Shown here piece by piece: positions 11,765 to 25,882 of a stretch of 64,000 bases of DNA. Positions within the stretch are counted from its first letter, which is position 1. Each line of letters begins with the position of its first letter. Source of the DNA: the human T2T-CHM13v2.0 reference genome, Homo sapiens; the NCBI RefSeq assembly GCF_009914755.1, contig NC_060933.1; one strand, given 5' to 3'. The notes beneath the pieces are model-generated. The model was given only the letters and a program-made list of their open reading frames with translations. It did no database searches and was not told the DNA's origin. A program made the position numbers and the translations under genes.

Positions 11765-12080
11765 GGTCCGTGTCTCAGTTTCTTAATTATTAGTATAGGT
11801 AAACAAACTTCTGGCTTACAGGGTTGTATATAAAATTAAGAATGATATAATGAAAAATGTATTCTAAAAATCTAGTTAGTATAATCTTATTTTACAGATA
11901 GAGAAAATAAAGCCAAAACAGGTAAGTGATTTACCCAAATCAACAGTTACTTTTAGACCCAAATCAACAGTTATTTGTAGTTCAGAAAAGGTCCCTGGGG
12001 AAAAAATTAATCCAACCCATCCATTTCACAGATATGGAAACTGGAACTCAGAGCAGAAAACTTTGCCCAAGAACAGGCAT
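11765..12080. mobile_element. Cluster of MIR fragments in both orientations
   Basis: gtgtctcagtttctt..cagggttgt (+); tattttacagatagagaaa..gtaagtgatttaccca (-); catttcacagatatggaaactg..ttgcccaag (-). Confidence 0.65.
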
Positions 12081-12092
12081 CACCTCTCATAC

Positions 12093-12467
12093 TGATACGG
12101 TTTGGCTCTGTGCCCCCACCCAAATCTCATCTCGAATAGGAATCCCCACCTGTCTAGGGAGGGACCTATTGGGAGGTGATTGGATGATGAGGGCAGTTTT
12201 CCTCATGCTGTTCTCGTGACAGTGAGTTCTCAAAAAGGGGCTGATGATTTTAAAGTGCAGCACTCCCCCATGCTCACACGCACACTCTCTCTCTTCTACT
12301 GCCTTGTGAAGAAGGTACCTGCTTCCCCTTTGCCTTCTGCCGTGATTGTAAGTTTCCTGATGCTTCCCCAGCCATGTAGAACTAGAAGTTAATGAAACTT
12401 CTTTTGCTTATAAATTACCCAGTCTCAGGTAAGTATCTTTATAGTAGTGTGAAAACAGACTAATACC
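12093..12467 (+). mobile_element. THE1D MaLR solo LTR
   Basis: TGATACGGTTTGGCTCTGTG...gactaatac; perfect 5-bp TSD catac at 12088-12092 and 12468-12472. Confidence 0.93.
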
Positions 12468-14385
12468 CATACCAATCACAATCAATTGCAACAGCTTCCT
12501 GGACTATTGGTGTTGAGGAAGATTCTAAAGTTGAGTCTGAGCCTAATGGAAAATAATGCCTTGGTCAACCAATAATTTGTCTTAGCTTTGTTTGTGGGTA
12601 AGGACGGGCAGAAGAAAACATGCTATATGTTATGCATTATTTAACATCCTTATCCTGAGCCAAATTGCACCAAAATAAGTTTATAATAATGATTTAGATT
12701 CCCACATAACTCCCCCCACCTTCAAGGAGAGAATGCTCTTGTCATATTTGTATAAATATTCTAGCTCATAGGAAAGTAATATTTGTCAATAGCTATAAAT
12801 AAGCTGGTATTCTGATTTAATACAACAATTCTGTGAACTTAGTTAATGCTCCTGAGATCTAGTCTCATACTGCTGACAAATTTAAATTTCTGAGTCTTCA
12901 AGTTTCAAGGTCAGACTCTGGAATATGGTATCCTTACCAAAGTAATTTGTTTTGGGGGAAGCCAGCTGACTTTCTCCTTATAACATGGCTCTGTTTCTTC
13001 TTGTGCCATGTACCGTTTTCTTCAAACTTTCTACCAGTATATTTGTACCTATTTATAGTCAACAGTATAGAAAAATTGCAACTTAGAAAACAGAATATTT
13101 CACATTTTAAAAAGTGTTTATCACAAGATCTCTAACAACAACAACAAACTCCTCTGGTACAATTCAAATAATATTTGATTCTCCTGCATTATTTAAAAAT
13201 AACTGCTTAGTAACATATATGCACACAATGAATAAAGTAAAATTCACATGGCCATGAACAATATCTACTATAAAACAAAAGCCAAATAATTGGTAAGGTA
13301 AAACTATTTCTTATTCTAGAGTCAGATGGTACATGGTATTTCACAAGATCTGCTTTTGAAGAGTGCCAATTATTTTTTACTGTGGAGTCACTAAAGACAA
13401 CACAAATGATGGAAAAGAATTACAAATTCAGCTACAAAAATCATCATTGTTAACAACTTGTATGTGAAAACTTAACTAAAGGACAATTGAACTATGTTTG
13501 GAGGAATTCTGTTTCTTTCTTGAAGAAATGTTTGGTTGTCTGCATATAAAGTAGGCACATTTGCCTTATGTGGGTAAGGAGAAACAAAACATCACTTTTC
13601 ATGGTTTCTTGTTTATTGTTCACATGTGTTTACAAGAAGATAAAGATATTGAGCAATATTTTACTGATCTTTCTGGATAGTTGTTGTTGCCCATTCGTTC
13701 TCTGCTGGTACTACATTTGATTGCCTTATGCCTAGCTTGCAAGAATACCAGTCTCTGATGATGACAAATACATTTCACACTCTGAAGGAAAACAGGCAAA
13801 AGCTAGATTGAATGGTGAAGCAGAATATGTCAATGTCACTTAGACTATCCCATTTTATAAATATATACATGAAGCTTTCCTAGGACCATTAAACAATTGT
13901 AGTTCATTACTGATCCACACCACAGGGGTCTTGTGTCTAGTGGTATCCCTTGGTCAAAGATTTCTTTGTGGCTTTTATCACCAAAGCACAAAACAGAGAT
14001 GTTGGTTTTGTTGTTTTCTTTAACTAGCATCACAAAATTGCTATACTCAGCATGTGAATCTGAAAACTGGCAACTCTTAAGAAAAATGCAGTTTTGGGAA
14101 AAAGCTAAAATTGTGTATTGGATTATTAAAAAATAACAGAACTGTTGGAAAAATAGACATTATAGTTGGAAGCTTTTTGAATTAGGCAATTATTTTTTAA
14201 AAAAGAGAAATCATTATTTCTTTCAACAGTAAAATGAATCCCAGTTGGCTTTTGCTATTCTACACTAGCATCTATAATAAATTATTGTTACTTCCTAACC
14301 ACATTTTGACCACATTTCTATCACATGAGTGTATTGGGAGAAGTAAATATTCTATTACCCCACTGAGATACAGTTACTGCAGTGA

Positions 14386-14742
<357 letters not shown>

Positions 14743-15089
14743 GAAATAGTTATTTTTTATCAAAACTCATGGAAAGAATATTTAGATGTTAACTATTGAT
14801 ATACAGTATAATATTTTGTTTGTAGTGATATGATTCATATCTTTGCAGAAAAATCAGAAATATATTGAGCTTATATATAGAAGCACTAGTTTAAAAAAGT
14901 AAATAAATTCATAAAATTATTTTCAAAAGACTAAGTTGGTAATGACAAGAAAAACAAGTCAGAATTTTCACAAATAATTACATCTATGTTTATATGTAGA
15001 GGTATGTTTATTACTCTCCCCCTGCATCATATTTACCTTACCTGTTTTGATTATAATAGCAGCATATGCTCTGGTTAAAGAATTTGCCA

Positions 15090-15405
15090 TGTGAAACTCA
15101 AAAATATTTGGTTATTTCCATTTTTTATTATGAGTAACAATGTGATGGCCATCACTGTCTGCATATATGTTAAAGAAATTCACTGATTCTTAAGAATAGA
15201 TTTGAAAAGATAAGATTATGTGCTAAATGCTACATACATTTGTAAACTCTCCCTATATATTACAAGATGGTTTGCTTCAAAAGCTTTTTTCTCACCAACT
15301 TATTCCCACAAGCAGTATTAAAGAGACCTCTTGCCAAACTTGTTTGTATTGAGTGCCATCATTGGAAAAAAAAAAAAAGTGTTTACCATTTTGAAAAGCA
15401 AAGAC
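15090..15405 (-). mobile_element. Old L1 (L1ME-like) fragment
   Basis: ttggttatttcca..ttattatgagtaacaatgtgatg..caccaacttattcccacaagcagtat resembles the reverse L1 ORF2 3' region. Confidence 0.55.
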
Positions 15406-16210
15406 ACATTTAGACAAAACAAATTGCTATAAATCCATTTAAAAGTTATATTGCATTCTGCAAAAAGAAAGGAAACACAAATTAGGTTAATGAAAGATCT
15501 GCCCCATCTATGCAGACACAGGAACTAACTGCTGTAACTAACTGCCGTATATCCAAACCTGCCTGGTAAGTGTCAGTAGTTCTTCAAGATATGAAGTGAA
15601 AACAAAACAAAACAAAAAGCCATCTTCCTTGGGCTTAGGGAGAGGTTTCTCAAAGCTTTTTCCCATATTTTCTCATCCCTGTTTTAATTTTCTGACATGG
15701 CAAAGGCTTCAGAAACTGCGAGAATCAAAAACACCTGCATCTGATTGAAAGTGAGATAAGAAATACCACTCAGAGGAGAAATGATTTGTATGTAGAAATA
15801 CTTGTTGTGGTGTGTTGAGCTGAGCTCCCCAAGTTCTGCCTGTCTCTGAAGAAAGTTTACTGCACATGCTATTGGTGGGGGGCGGGGGGGGGAGTAGTCC
15901 CTCAAACACCAACCCTAACACTTAACCAAAGTATGTATTGGATTTTTAAGAAAAGTATCTACAATTTTCTAAGATGCTTCTATTTAAGTCTTTCTGTATA
16001 CATTCTATTTCAGGTTTTCTTGTGCCTTTTCTGTTATGTTTTAGTAGAAAAAACACAACAAAATATTTGGGGCATTGAAATTCACCTTATTTCATAAAAT
16101 AATTTGTAAACTTTTCAACCATTATTTCTTCAATAATATAGGAGACTTAAGAACAAATGACAATAGGAAAAAAAGCACTTTGTAGCTCTTTTTTGAGATT
16201 TTTTAAATTT

Positions 16211-16599
16211 TACTCATTCAACAAAAATATTTGAGTGCCTGAAGTATTTGAGTCTAGAAAATGCTGAATTAGGAAATATGAAGATAAATTTGACAAATCT
16301 CTTCACTTGAAAAGCTGACAACAGTCCACAGAAAAGATGAGAGAGAAGGCCACTGCAAATTCTAAAGCAGATTAAAGGTGCACGGACTAAGACAAAGACA
16401 GAATGGAAGTGGTGCAGGGGAGTTGGATTAATAACTATTTGAGATACATTCTAAAAAATTTGATAATTGATAAAGGAAAGAGTCAAGAATGAATCTAAGT
16501 TTTCTAGCTCGACACCCTACAGTCATATTTTTAAATGTAAAATCAAGAATGTAAGAGTGAGCATGTTTGGGGGCAAGGAGGGTATAGTGAACGTTGAAT

Positions 16600-16600
<1 letters not shown>
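16211..16600 (-). mobile_element. L2 fragment (continues at ~17128-17175 and ~17496-17610)
   Basis: tcattcaacaaaaatatttgagtgcct (reverse L2 3' end) and gagtcaagaatgaatctaagttttctagc. Confidence 0.65.
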
Positions 16601-17966
<1,366 letters not shown>

Positions 17967-18381
17967 CAGCTTCTGTGCACTTCGTAGTAAAGGGTGCATT
18001 ATTCACATTAAAATTTATTACACATTTTATACTTTCTAGAAGATTTCATCTTTAAAAATTATATTTTAGGATAAATTATAAAATAATGATTTTTAATGTA
18101 TTTCTGATATTATGGTGTATATTATAGATTCTATTAAATAGATTATCTCTATATTAAAACATAAACAAAAATACCTCTATATTCTTATTTGAAGTGTGAT
18201 GTATTTTATTGTGTTGTAATTTTTCCTCTACAAATTGCAAATCTACTGTTTCTAAAAGATCATAGACAATGATATTTGTAAAAGTTTATGTATGCATTGG
18301 GATGAATGACAAAAACATATTCCTATTTCAGGGCTGTGTGTCACAAGCAATAAATCTATTTACATTTGAAAATCAGGTTAC

Positions 18382-18796
18382 TGCTATTGTTTAAACGTCC
18401 CTTCCAAAAGTCACGTTGAAACTTAGTTCCCAATGTGGCAGTATTGAGAGGCGGAGGCTTTAAGAAATGATTAAATACTGAGAGCTCTGCCATCATGGAT
18501 GGATTAATCTATTCCCAGATTAATGGATTAATGCATTATCATGGGAGAGGGACTGGTGACTTTATAAGGACAGACAGAAGCCTTTGCTAACATATAAGCG
18601 TGCTCAGCCCCTTTGCCATGTGACACTCTGTGTCACCTAGGGACACCACAGTGTCCCCACAAGCAAGAAGATTCTCATCAGTGTGCCCTCTCAACCTTAA
18701 ATTTCCCAGCCTCCATAACTGTAAGAAATTCCTTTTCTTTATAAGTCACCCAGTTTCAGATATTCTGTTATAAACAACAGAAAATGGACTAAGACA
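18382..18796 (+). mobile_element. MSTC-like MaLR solo LTR
   Basis: tgctattgttt..cccaatgtggcagtattgagagg..ggattaat repeats..gtccccacaagcaagaag..ggactaagaca. Confidence 0.88.
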
Positions 18797-21349
18797 ATAA
18801 TGGGAGAAATAAGAAAGTTCTCTGTAATTACCATCAAGATCATCAGTTGGTTCTCTGGTCAATACTCTGTAATTTTCTGCTAAAAGAATAGTTCCCTTAC
18901 TAAGAAATATAAGCTATCTTGGGTATTTATTATAACATGTGATAACAAAAGTAACATTCCATTTTAGCCGATTAAAGATAATTTAGCTCTTTTCAAAGCA
19001 AGTCTCATAACACCAATTTCCTCATGTCGTTTTTATCTGTAAGAATCTGTAATGGCTTCCAATTGTCCACAGACTGAAGACAGCGTCCCTCAGTGTGTTT
19101 CTCCCATCTGAACAATTCAAGGAAGAGTCCCAGACACTGCTCCCTTCTAATCTTCTTTGTTCCCTTCTCATGCCATTCTCGTACACTTGCCTTCCTCTGT
19201 ACATATGCACTTATAAACACGGTTATGTGCCTCTGAAACCTACTTCTTTTTCATTTAAAATTTATCTACATTTAATATCTAGTTAAGGTTATATCCATTT
19301 TCTAAAATATGTCTAAGTTGATTTTTATTCCCTAGACTGTTTTTAATGTTAGTAATTTGTACTACACACTTTAGAATCTGCTATATATGTCATAGCCTTA
19401 ATCAGTTGTAGTTTTGTTAACATTATTTTCATGAAAGTGAATTACATAGAAAAGTATTTCATAACACTTATTACAGTGTTATAGCTTTAGGAATAATTTG
19501 ATAGCTTTAAAAAATGTTAAGTAAGCAGCCACAAATTCCCAAGACATGTAATGTGGTGGCCATAAATATGTTTTTATACAGTATGACCAGAAATTTTTGT
19601 CTCTTAAGCAAAGGTTCTAGATAAAGCTCGTATTCTTAGAATTTTAGAGGCTCTTTTGGTGCCATTTATATCAAAAAGAAACAGGTAATAAGATTAGTTA
19701 TATACATAACTATCCGCTCAAAAATTTAAAGAGGGGAATAATAGTGAAAATAAAACAAAGTGAAAAGTAGAAGGAGAATATGTTTTAAATTTTCTTCTTG
19801 AAATTAGCATAAGCTTCTATTGAGATTTCTGGGTTGATTTCAACATTTCTTAGATAATTGTGAATACGCCCTTGTGGAAAACATCTTTTATATTTTATGA
19901 CTGTATTTATATCAAAATATGTTATATTTATAAAATATGTTAAGTCTTTAAGTAGCTTCTAAGTTTAATGCCTAAACACAACTTCAGTAATGCTACTCAA
20001 CATAACTGGAAAATAGTGTTTCAAATGTATCTAGAACAACAAAGTTCCTATTAAACCGCAACAGTTTTTGCTTTTTGGTGGGGTGTAAGTACAGCTTATA
20101 CTAATTTGTTCTTTCATATTTTGTTTGAGTATAGTCATGTTATTTCTTTTGGCTTTATAGTATTCAAACTTAGTACTTAGACTGGAAGTTTTCTCTATAT
20201 AGACTCAAAGTTTACAAACAAAAGGGTTTCTTTACAAAATCATAGAGGTTCACCTATGCTACTGTTCCAATTAACGGAAAAGGAGTCAATATTATTGTAT
20301 ATTTTTCCCTAAAGCTTAACTGGTAAGGATTAAGGATTAGAACCCAAGTCTCCTGATAAGTTGAATTACTTGTTTATTTTCCTGATCACATAGTTGGCTT
20401 ACTCAAAGATACGATTCATTCTGCTTTTTAAATGGGAGTTCTTAGGCAGCTATGAATAATGAAATCATTATACCCAGTCTCAAATTATCTTCCTATTTAA
20501 TTATACCATATTCTCAAATTATGCCTCTTGTTGGGTGGGATTAAAAATTCCTTTATTGATTTATGATACCTATCTTCCAAACAGATTCAAGATATTCTGC
20601 ATGATTAAATATGGTACATGATAAACATATTTTCCTCAACATATTGCTTCTATAAATAATATTAATAAAGGAAGAATCTCAGAGGAACTGAGATTCAAAA
20701 TAATTTCCTCATAAATGTGACCAGTTGCTATTTCAAAGGAGAATAAAAAATAAAAAGCTCTTGGCTCACATGAAAAATGAAGCTAACTGATACTTCAAGA
20801 AAGATATAATCTCCCCAAATCTAGGTGGAGAAAAGTATCCGGAGTCCCTTTAATTCTCAACTCAAACCTATTGTTTTCTCTTAGGTCAAGAAATTATGGA
20901 GTTGGCAGGCAAGTAGGTTTAAGCTCAAACATTAAAAAGGAACTTCCTCCTCCATGGTATAAAAGCATGGCAACCAGTGAAGAAGATTCAAAATGGGACA
21001 GAAACTGAGGAGACCTTGGCCCCAGGGTAGGGGAGGCAAGTCTTCTGATCCCCAGAAAGAAATCTGGAAGGAGCCAAACATGAGTAAGACTGTTTTTCTC
21101 ACTCCACAAAGAGCTGCACATGAGCTGAATAGCTAGACTAATTCCTTTCCCCTCACAAGGTCAGGGGAGTATAAAGGGACTTGGTAGGAAAAACGGCCTT
21201 CTCCTGGACCAACCTGATTGATGGTGTGCCTACAGCCCACAGGTGCAGATAGACCACTATGCTTTTGGCAGTCTATACCGCTGCTTCAGGATTCCAAGCA
21301 GCTGAGTCCTAGTGAGTAGAACAAAAATAGTTTTAGCACTGTAAAATGT

Positions 21350-22200
21350 TCATTAGCTTGAAAGAGAAAGATCAAAGATAATCATCAAAACAAACCTCTA
21401 ATGTGAGATATCGAAGATGACAGAAAAGAACTTGAAGTTATAATTAATATAATAATAATTACAGCAATAATACAAGTAGAGTAAATTAAATACAGTCCAA
21501 AATGCTTTTCTGGAATAAGAATTTTTTAACTAAAATTTTGCTATATACACTGAAGAAGAACACAGTTCCTGTCATAACTCTAGTTATTGGTGTGAAAGAG
21601 CAAGTCAAAGATCAAAGTAAAATTTAAAGACATTGTAGTCAAGAGAGAAAGATAAGAGATTTGGAGGTAGATTCAGGAAATATAGCTTGAGAATAAAAGC
21701 TTTCTATGTGAATAAAAAGTAGGGATAGAAAGGTGACAATGAGATAAATTATTAAAAAAAAAAATCCCTGAGCGGGAGAATACCCTAACGTGCAGTGTAA
21801 CAGGGTTTGGCTAGTTTCAAGCAGGGTATTATGAGGAAAGATACACACCTAGGAATATCCTAATAATATACTTAAACTCCTGGAACAAAGAAAAATGAAA
21901 TCTTAAAAACTTTCAAACAGAAAGCACAAATGACTTATAAACAATAAAGAATTTGGCTGTTATTAAATCTCTCATCTACAACACCAGATTCTAAAAGTTG
22001 ATAGAGAAACTTCTACAAACTCCTAAGAGAAAAAGTCTGAAATCAAAATTCCTTTATGTAAGAAAGATATCCTTCAACCATTGACAAGGAAAAAAAAGAA
22101 TATTTGCAAATATACAAGGATTCAGGGACTATATCATTCACCCGAACAAATGCATCTAATTAAGAGGCATAATTTGAGAATATGGTATAATTAAAAGCCT
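21350..22200 (+). mobile_element. Old L1 (L1ME/HAL1-like) ORF1 remnant
   Basis: A-rich; acacacctagg..aaatcttaaaaactttc..ctcatctacaacaccaga..aaagatatccttcaa resemble the L1 ORF1 C-terminal region. Confidence 0.6.
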
Positions 22201-22239
22201 GCATGCAGCAACCAATACATCAACTACTTACATAAAACC

Positions 22240-23405
22240 AAAACTATGAGAAATGTATGAAATTCACCATTGGAGGTAAAATGAGGACAGATACTTACTT
22301 TTTTATAAATTGATAAAGGGAATGAATCAAGCATTATCTTGACTTTTCTGAACAAACCAAATAGGCTGCAAATATTCATGTGATCAAATGGCTGACAAAG
22401 GAAAGTCTTCTTTATGGAAGTCTTGCTAACAAATGCAGAAGAAATGTTGCATTTAGAAAATCACCATTTTAAAACCACTAATAAAACAATGTGGTTAGAC
22501 CATGATTATTAATGGATTCCAAAATCATCAGGTGAAAGTTGTTGGGACACTTTATTAAGAATGGATTAGGTTGACACCAGCTGAATTCACCTATATCTTC
22601 TCTGTGGACACTACCTGGACTCACCTATAGCTTCTCTTTTATTGTAGAACGTTCCACATGCTGGATTTGTCCCACATTCAGATTGTATCTGACATTGTAT
22701 GTTTCCTGACGGGATATAATAGCAAGCATATAATGCCACCAATGAAGTATTCTTTGAAAAAGTAAAAGACAATACCTAAATCTAACCAAAAATCTAGATG
22801 TAATGATCAAACATAAAACCTGGGTGAATGAGGATGGTTTAAATGTCATCAAGAGCAAGCCTGCAGGAAAATCTAGAATGTGGAACATTCTATAAATTAG
22901 TAACAAAAACAGTTTTCAACAAGTAAACTGCATTAAAAAAAATACAGAGGAAAAGAAAGGAGACATGCAACATGGAGAACTGTTTGGAGACTATGTGAAC
23001 AAACCAACTGTAAAAATACAGCAGAGATTGAGACAAGTGGGAAAACAATTAGAGAACAGCCACTAGATGACATTAAGCAATGGTTGCTAATTTTGTAAAG
23101 TTTGTCCATAGCACTGTAGCATGTGTATATATGTATACAAACATAAAATATTTGTTAGCTTACATCAATATTATCTGTTAGGGTAGGTCCTATTGAAGTA
23201 TCTACAGGTACTTGATACATATATCTTAACATGATATCTTAGATTTGTTTCAAAATATTATACAACAAATGGAAAAGGTAATCTCTAAGATTGGTAAAAA
23301 GGTAAAATCATTGAAGATGGGTGGATGGGTTCATGGAGACTACTTATACAATAATTTCTATTTTGAAGTATGTTTGAAAATTCCCGAATAAAAAGATTTT
23401 TAAAA
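22240..23405 (+). mobile_element. L1MC4/5-like 3'UTR inserted in the older L1
   Basis: ttagaaaatcaccatttt..aatgtggaacattcta..ttgaagatgggt..gtatgtttgaaaattccc..aataaaa. Confidence 0.7.
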
Positions 23406-23409
23406 TTCA

Positions 23410-24500
23410 AAGAATCTTGATATAAAAACAATTATAATGATAGATTTCAATATATCATTCTTCTTCAAAATCTCAATGGATACATTAGACAAAGAAGAAA
23501 TAAAATAATGAAGTTAAATAGGGCAGCCTACAATCTATATTTACTATAGACAACTTTGTTACTTGCATATAGATTTTCATATATCCACAGAAAATGTAAA
23601 ATAAATAAGTTGCCCATACCCTTTAATATGCTCATAAAGTTGAGATTTTACAGCAACCTTTTTTGATTATAATGTATTTCATTTGAAATAAAAATTACAC
23701 TTACAAAATATTGTTGAGATAATTATAGTAATTTCTATAAGAATTACTTATTATTTATATTATTTCTATTTCACTGATGTTAAATTTCTTGGTTTTGATA
23801 ATGCTATTTTGGTCATGTATGAGAATGACTTTGTTCTTAAGACATGTCTTCTGAAAGATTTGAGGATGAAGTGTACTGATGTTCGCAATCTAATATTAAA
23901 TAATTTAGCCAAAAAAATTTATACACACACTCCAGGGGAAATTGCAGATAAAGGGAAAGAGAAGGTAGGATAGACACTTAGTGTTGAAATATCTTAACAA
24001 TTGTTGAGCCTGGATGAAGGGATAAGGGATATATACGTGTTATAACAACATACATTCAACTTTCTGTACATGTGAAGTTTGTGTGGCAAAGAGTTGGAGA
24101 GAGAAATAAAATTAAGACATATTAATACTAAACTGTTCAATTAACAAATTACTACTCCATAAAAATTAAGAGATGTATTCATTTGATCCCTTGAATCAGA
24201 AAGGATAAAAATATGAATTTACATTCTCTCTAGTCTAAAACATTTTGTACAGATACTAATGGGTTCAACAAAAGGTGTTATATGAAAACTTGAAGCCTAC
24301 AAAAATTAGAAAGAAAATAAAATAATTTAGTCCTTACATTAAGAAATTACAATATAAAATAGAATAAACCAATTACAAGTCAAACAAGAGAGTAAGTATG
24401 GATACAATTTTAGCTTCATGAAATAGCAAAAATAACAGTAAGACCAAAAGGGTAGGTAATGACAATTGCACAAGAGAAATCCATTGACACAAAATCCTTC
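23410..24500 (+). mobile_element. Old L1 ORF2 remnants with a nested L1ME 3' end (~23770-24110)
   Basis: gatttcaata..tatagaca.. (endonuclease-like); gatgttaaatttcttg..ttttgataat..caactttctgta (L1ME3/4 3'UTR); ttaagaaatta..gaaatag (ORF2-like). Confidence 0.55.
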
Positions 24501-24681
24501 TGAGAAGTTTAATTTCATGTAGTCTTGTATCCTTGATGGAGCCTTGTCTATTCTCCATTTTGAATATTTTCTGATATTTTACTGCAATATCCTCTCTGGT
24601 TTAGTATACGAAAGGATGGGTGAAAACCAAGAGAGATTGGATTCAGGGGAGCCGCTGTATTTCTAACTCTAGCTCTTCAAG

Positions 24682-24988
24682 GAAGCTCAGGGGCAGAGTG
24701 TAAGCAACCTAACCTCCTTGGGCCCTAAGATTATCTTCTGGAAAGGGGCCTGGGAGGAGAAGTGCAGGGGCAGAGGGTAAGCAACCTAACCTCCTTGGGC
24801 CCTAAGATTACCTTCTGGAAAGGGGCCTGGGAGAAGAAGTGCAGGGGCAGAGGGTATGCAACCTAACCTCTTTGGACCCTAAGATTATCTTCCGGAAAGG
24901 GGCCTGGGAGGAGAAGCTCATGGGCAGAGGGTAAGCAACCTAACCTCCTTAGGCCCTAAGATTATCTTCTGGAAAGGGGCCTGGGGGG
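24682..24988. repeat. Minisatellite, 4 x 77 bp
   Basis: ta(a/t)gcaacctaacctc recurs at 24701, 24778, 24855 and 24932; the units differ by a few substitutions. Confidence 0.97.
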
Positions 24989-25055
24989 AGGGGTTGGCTT
25001 GATCTTTTCCTTTAACAATAGGAATGCATAAGTCTAACTATTCTAAATAAATCAT

Positions 25056-25187
25056 AATAACAAAAACTAAGGTTTATTGCCTATTTTACAATTGCCAGAC
25101 AAACAACTAAACACTCTACATGTATAACTTCATTTAATCCTCACCACAAATTCAAGAGTAAGCATTAGTATCCTCCTGACTTGACAA
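25056..25187 (-). mobile_element. MIR fragment
   Basis: tgccagac..ctaaacactctacatg..tcatttaatcctcac. Confidence 0.7.
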
Positions 25188-25343
25188 TAGTACCACAGAC
25201 TATTGTCTGTGGTGGGGTCATGATGGCTCCCCTCTATAATTGTTCACACTATAATCACTCATCAGTTTCATCTTGCACTTATCCATCAAAGTTGGCAATC
25301 ACCATGTTCCCATAAACGAAAGGTATCATTTCCTGTGTCTAAC

Positions 25344-25882
25344 TTAGCATAATGATTAAAAGTGTAGGCTCTGAAGGCAGCCAGCTTGCAAATTGAATTC
25401 CAGCCAGAATATATAGGATCCATGTCACCCTGGGCAAGTGATTTGCCCTCACAGTCCCTCAATTTCCTCCACAATTAAATGGAGACTCATGGCTGTAATT
25501 CCAATACTTTGGGAGGCCGAGGCAGGAGAATTGCTTGAGCATAGGAGTTTGAGACAAGCCTAAGCAACATAGTGAGACCCTGTCTCTACAAAAGAAAATT
25601 TTAATTAGCTGGGCATGGGGGCACATATCTGTAGTCCCAGCTACTCTGGAGTCTGAGGTGGGAGGATTGCTTGAGCCGAGGATATCGAGGCTATAGTGAG
25701 TCACTGTACTCCAGCCTGGGCAACAGAGCAAGGCCCTGTGTCAAAACAACCACCACCACCACCACCAATAAAATGGAGATAACACAGCTTTACAAGGAGA
25801 TAGAATTACATGAGATAGATACACTTAAAGGACATAGCACAGTGCCTGGTACCTTGAATGTATACATTAAATGCTAGATATC
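25344..25882 (+). mobile_element. MIR split by AluJ
   Basis: agcataatgattaa..ggctctg..ctgggcaagtga..ctcaatttcctc | aaatggagataa..gcacagtgcctgg..aaatgctag. Confidence 0.8.
25486..25770 (+). mobile_element. AluJ, slightly 5'-truncated, with (CCA)n tail
   Basis: J-type dimer; TSD aaatggaga at 25477-25485 and 25771-25779. Confidence 0.93.

Noticed and set aside
24682-24988. 77-bp repeat array as a CRISPR array
   Set aside because: Units are head-to-tail with no unique spacers, there are no cas genes, and the DNA is primate.
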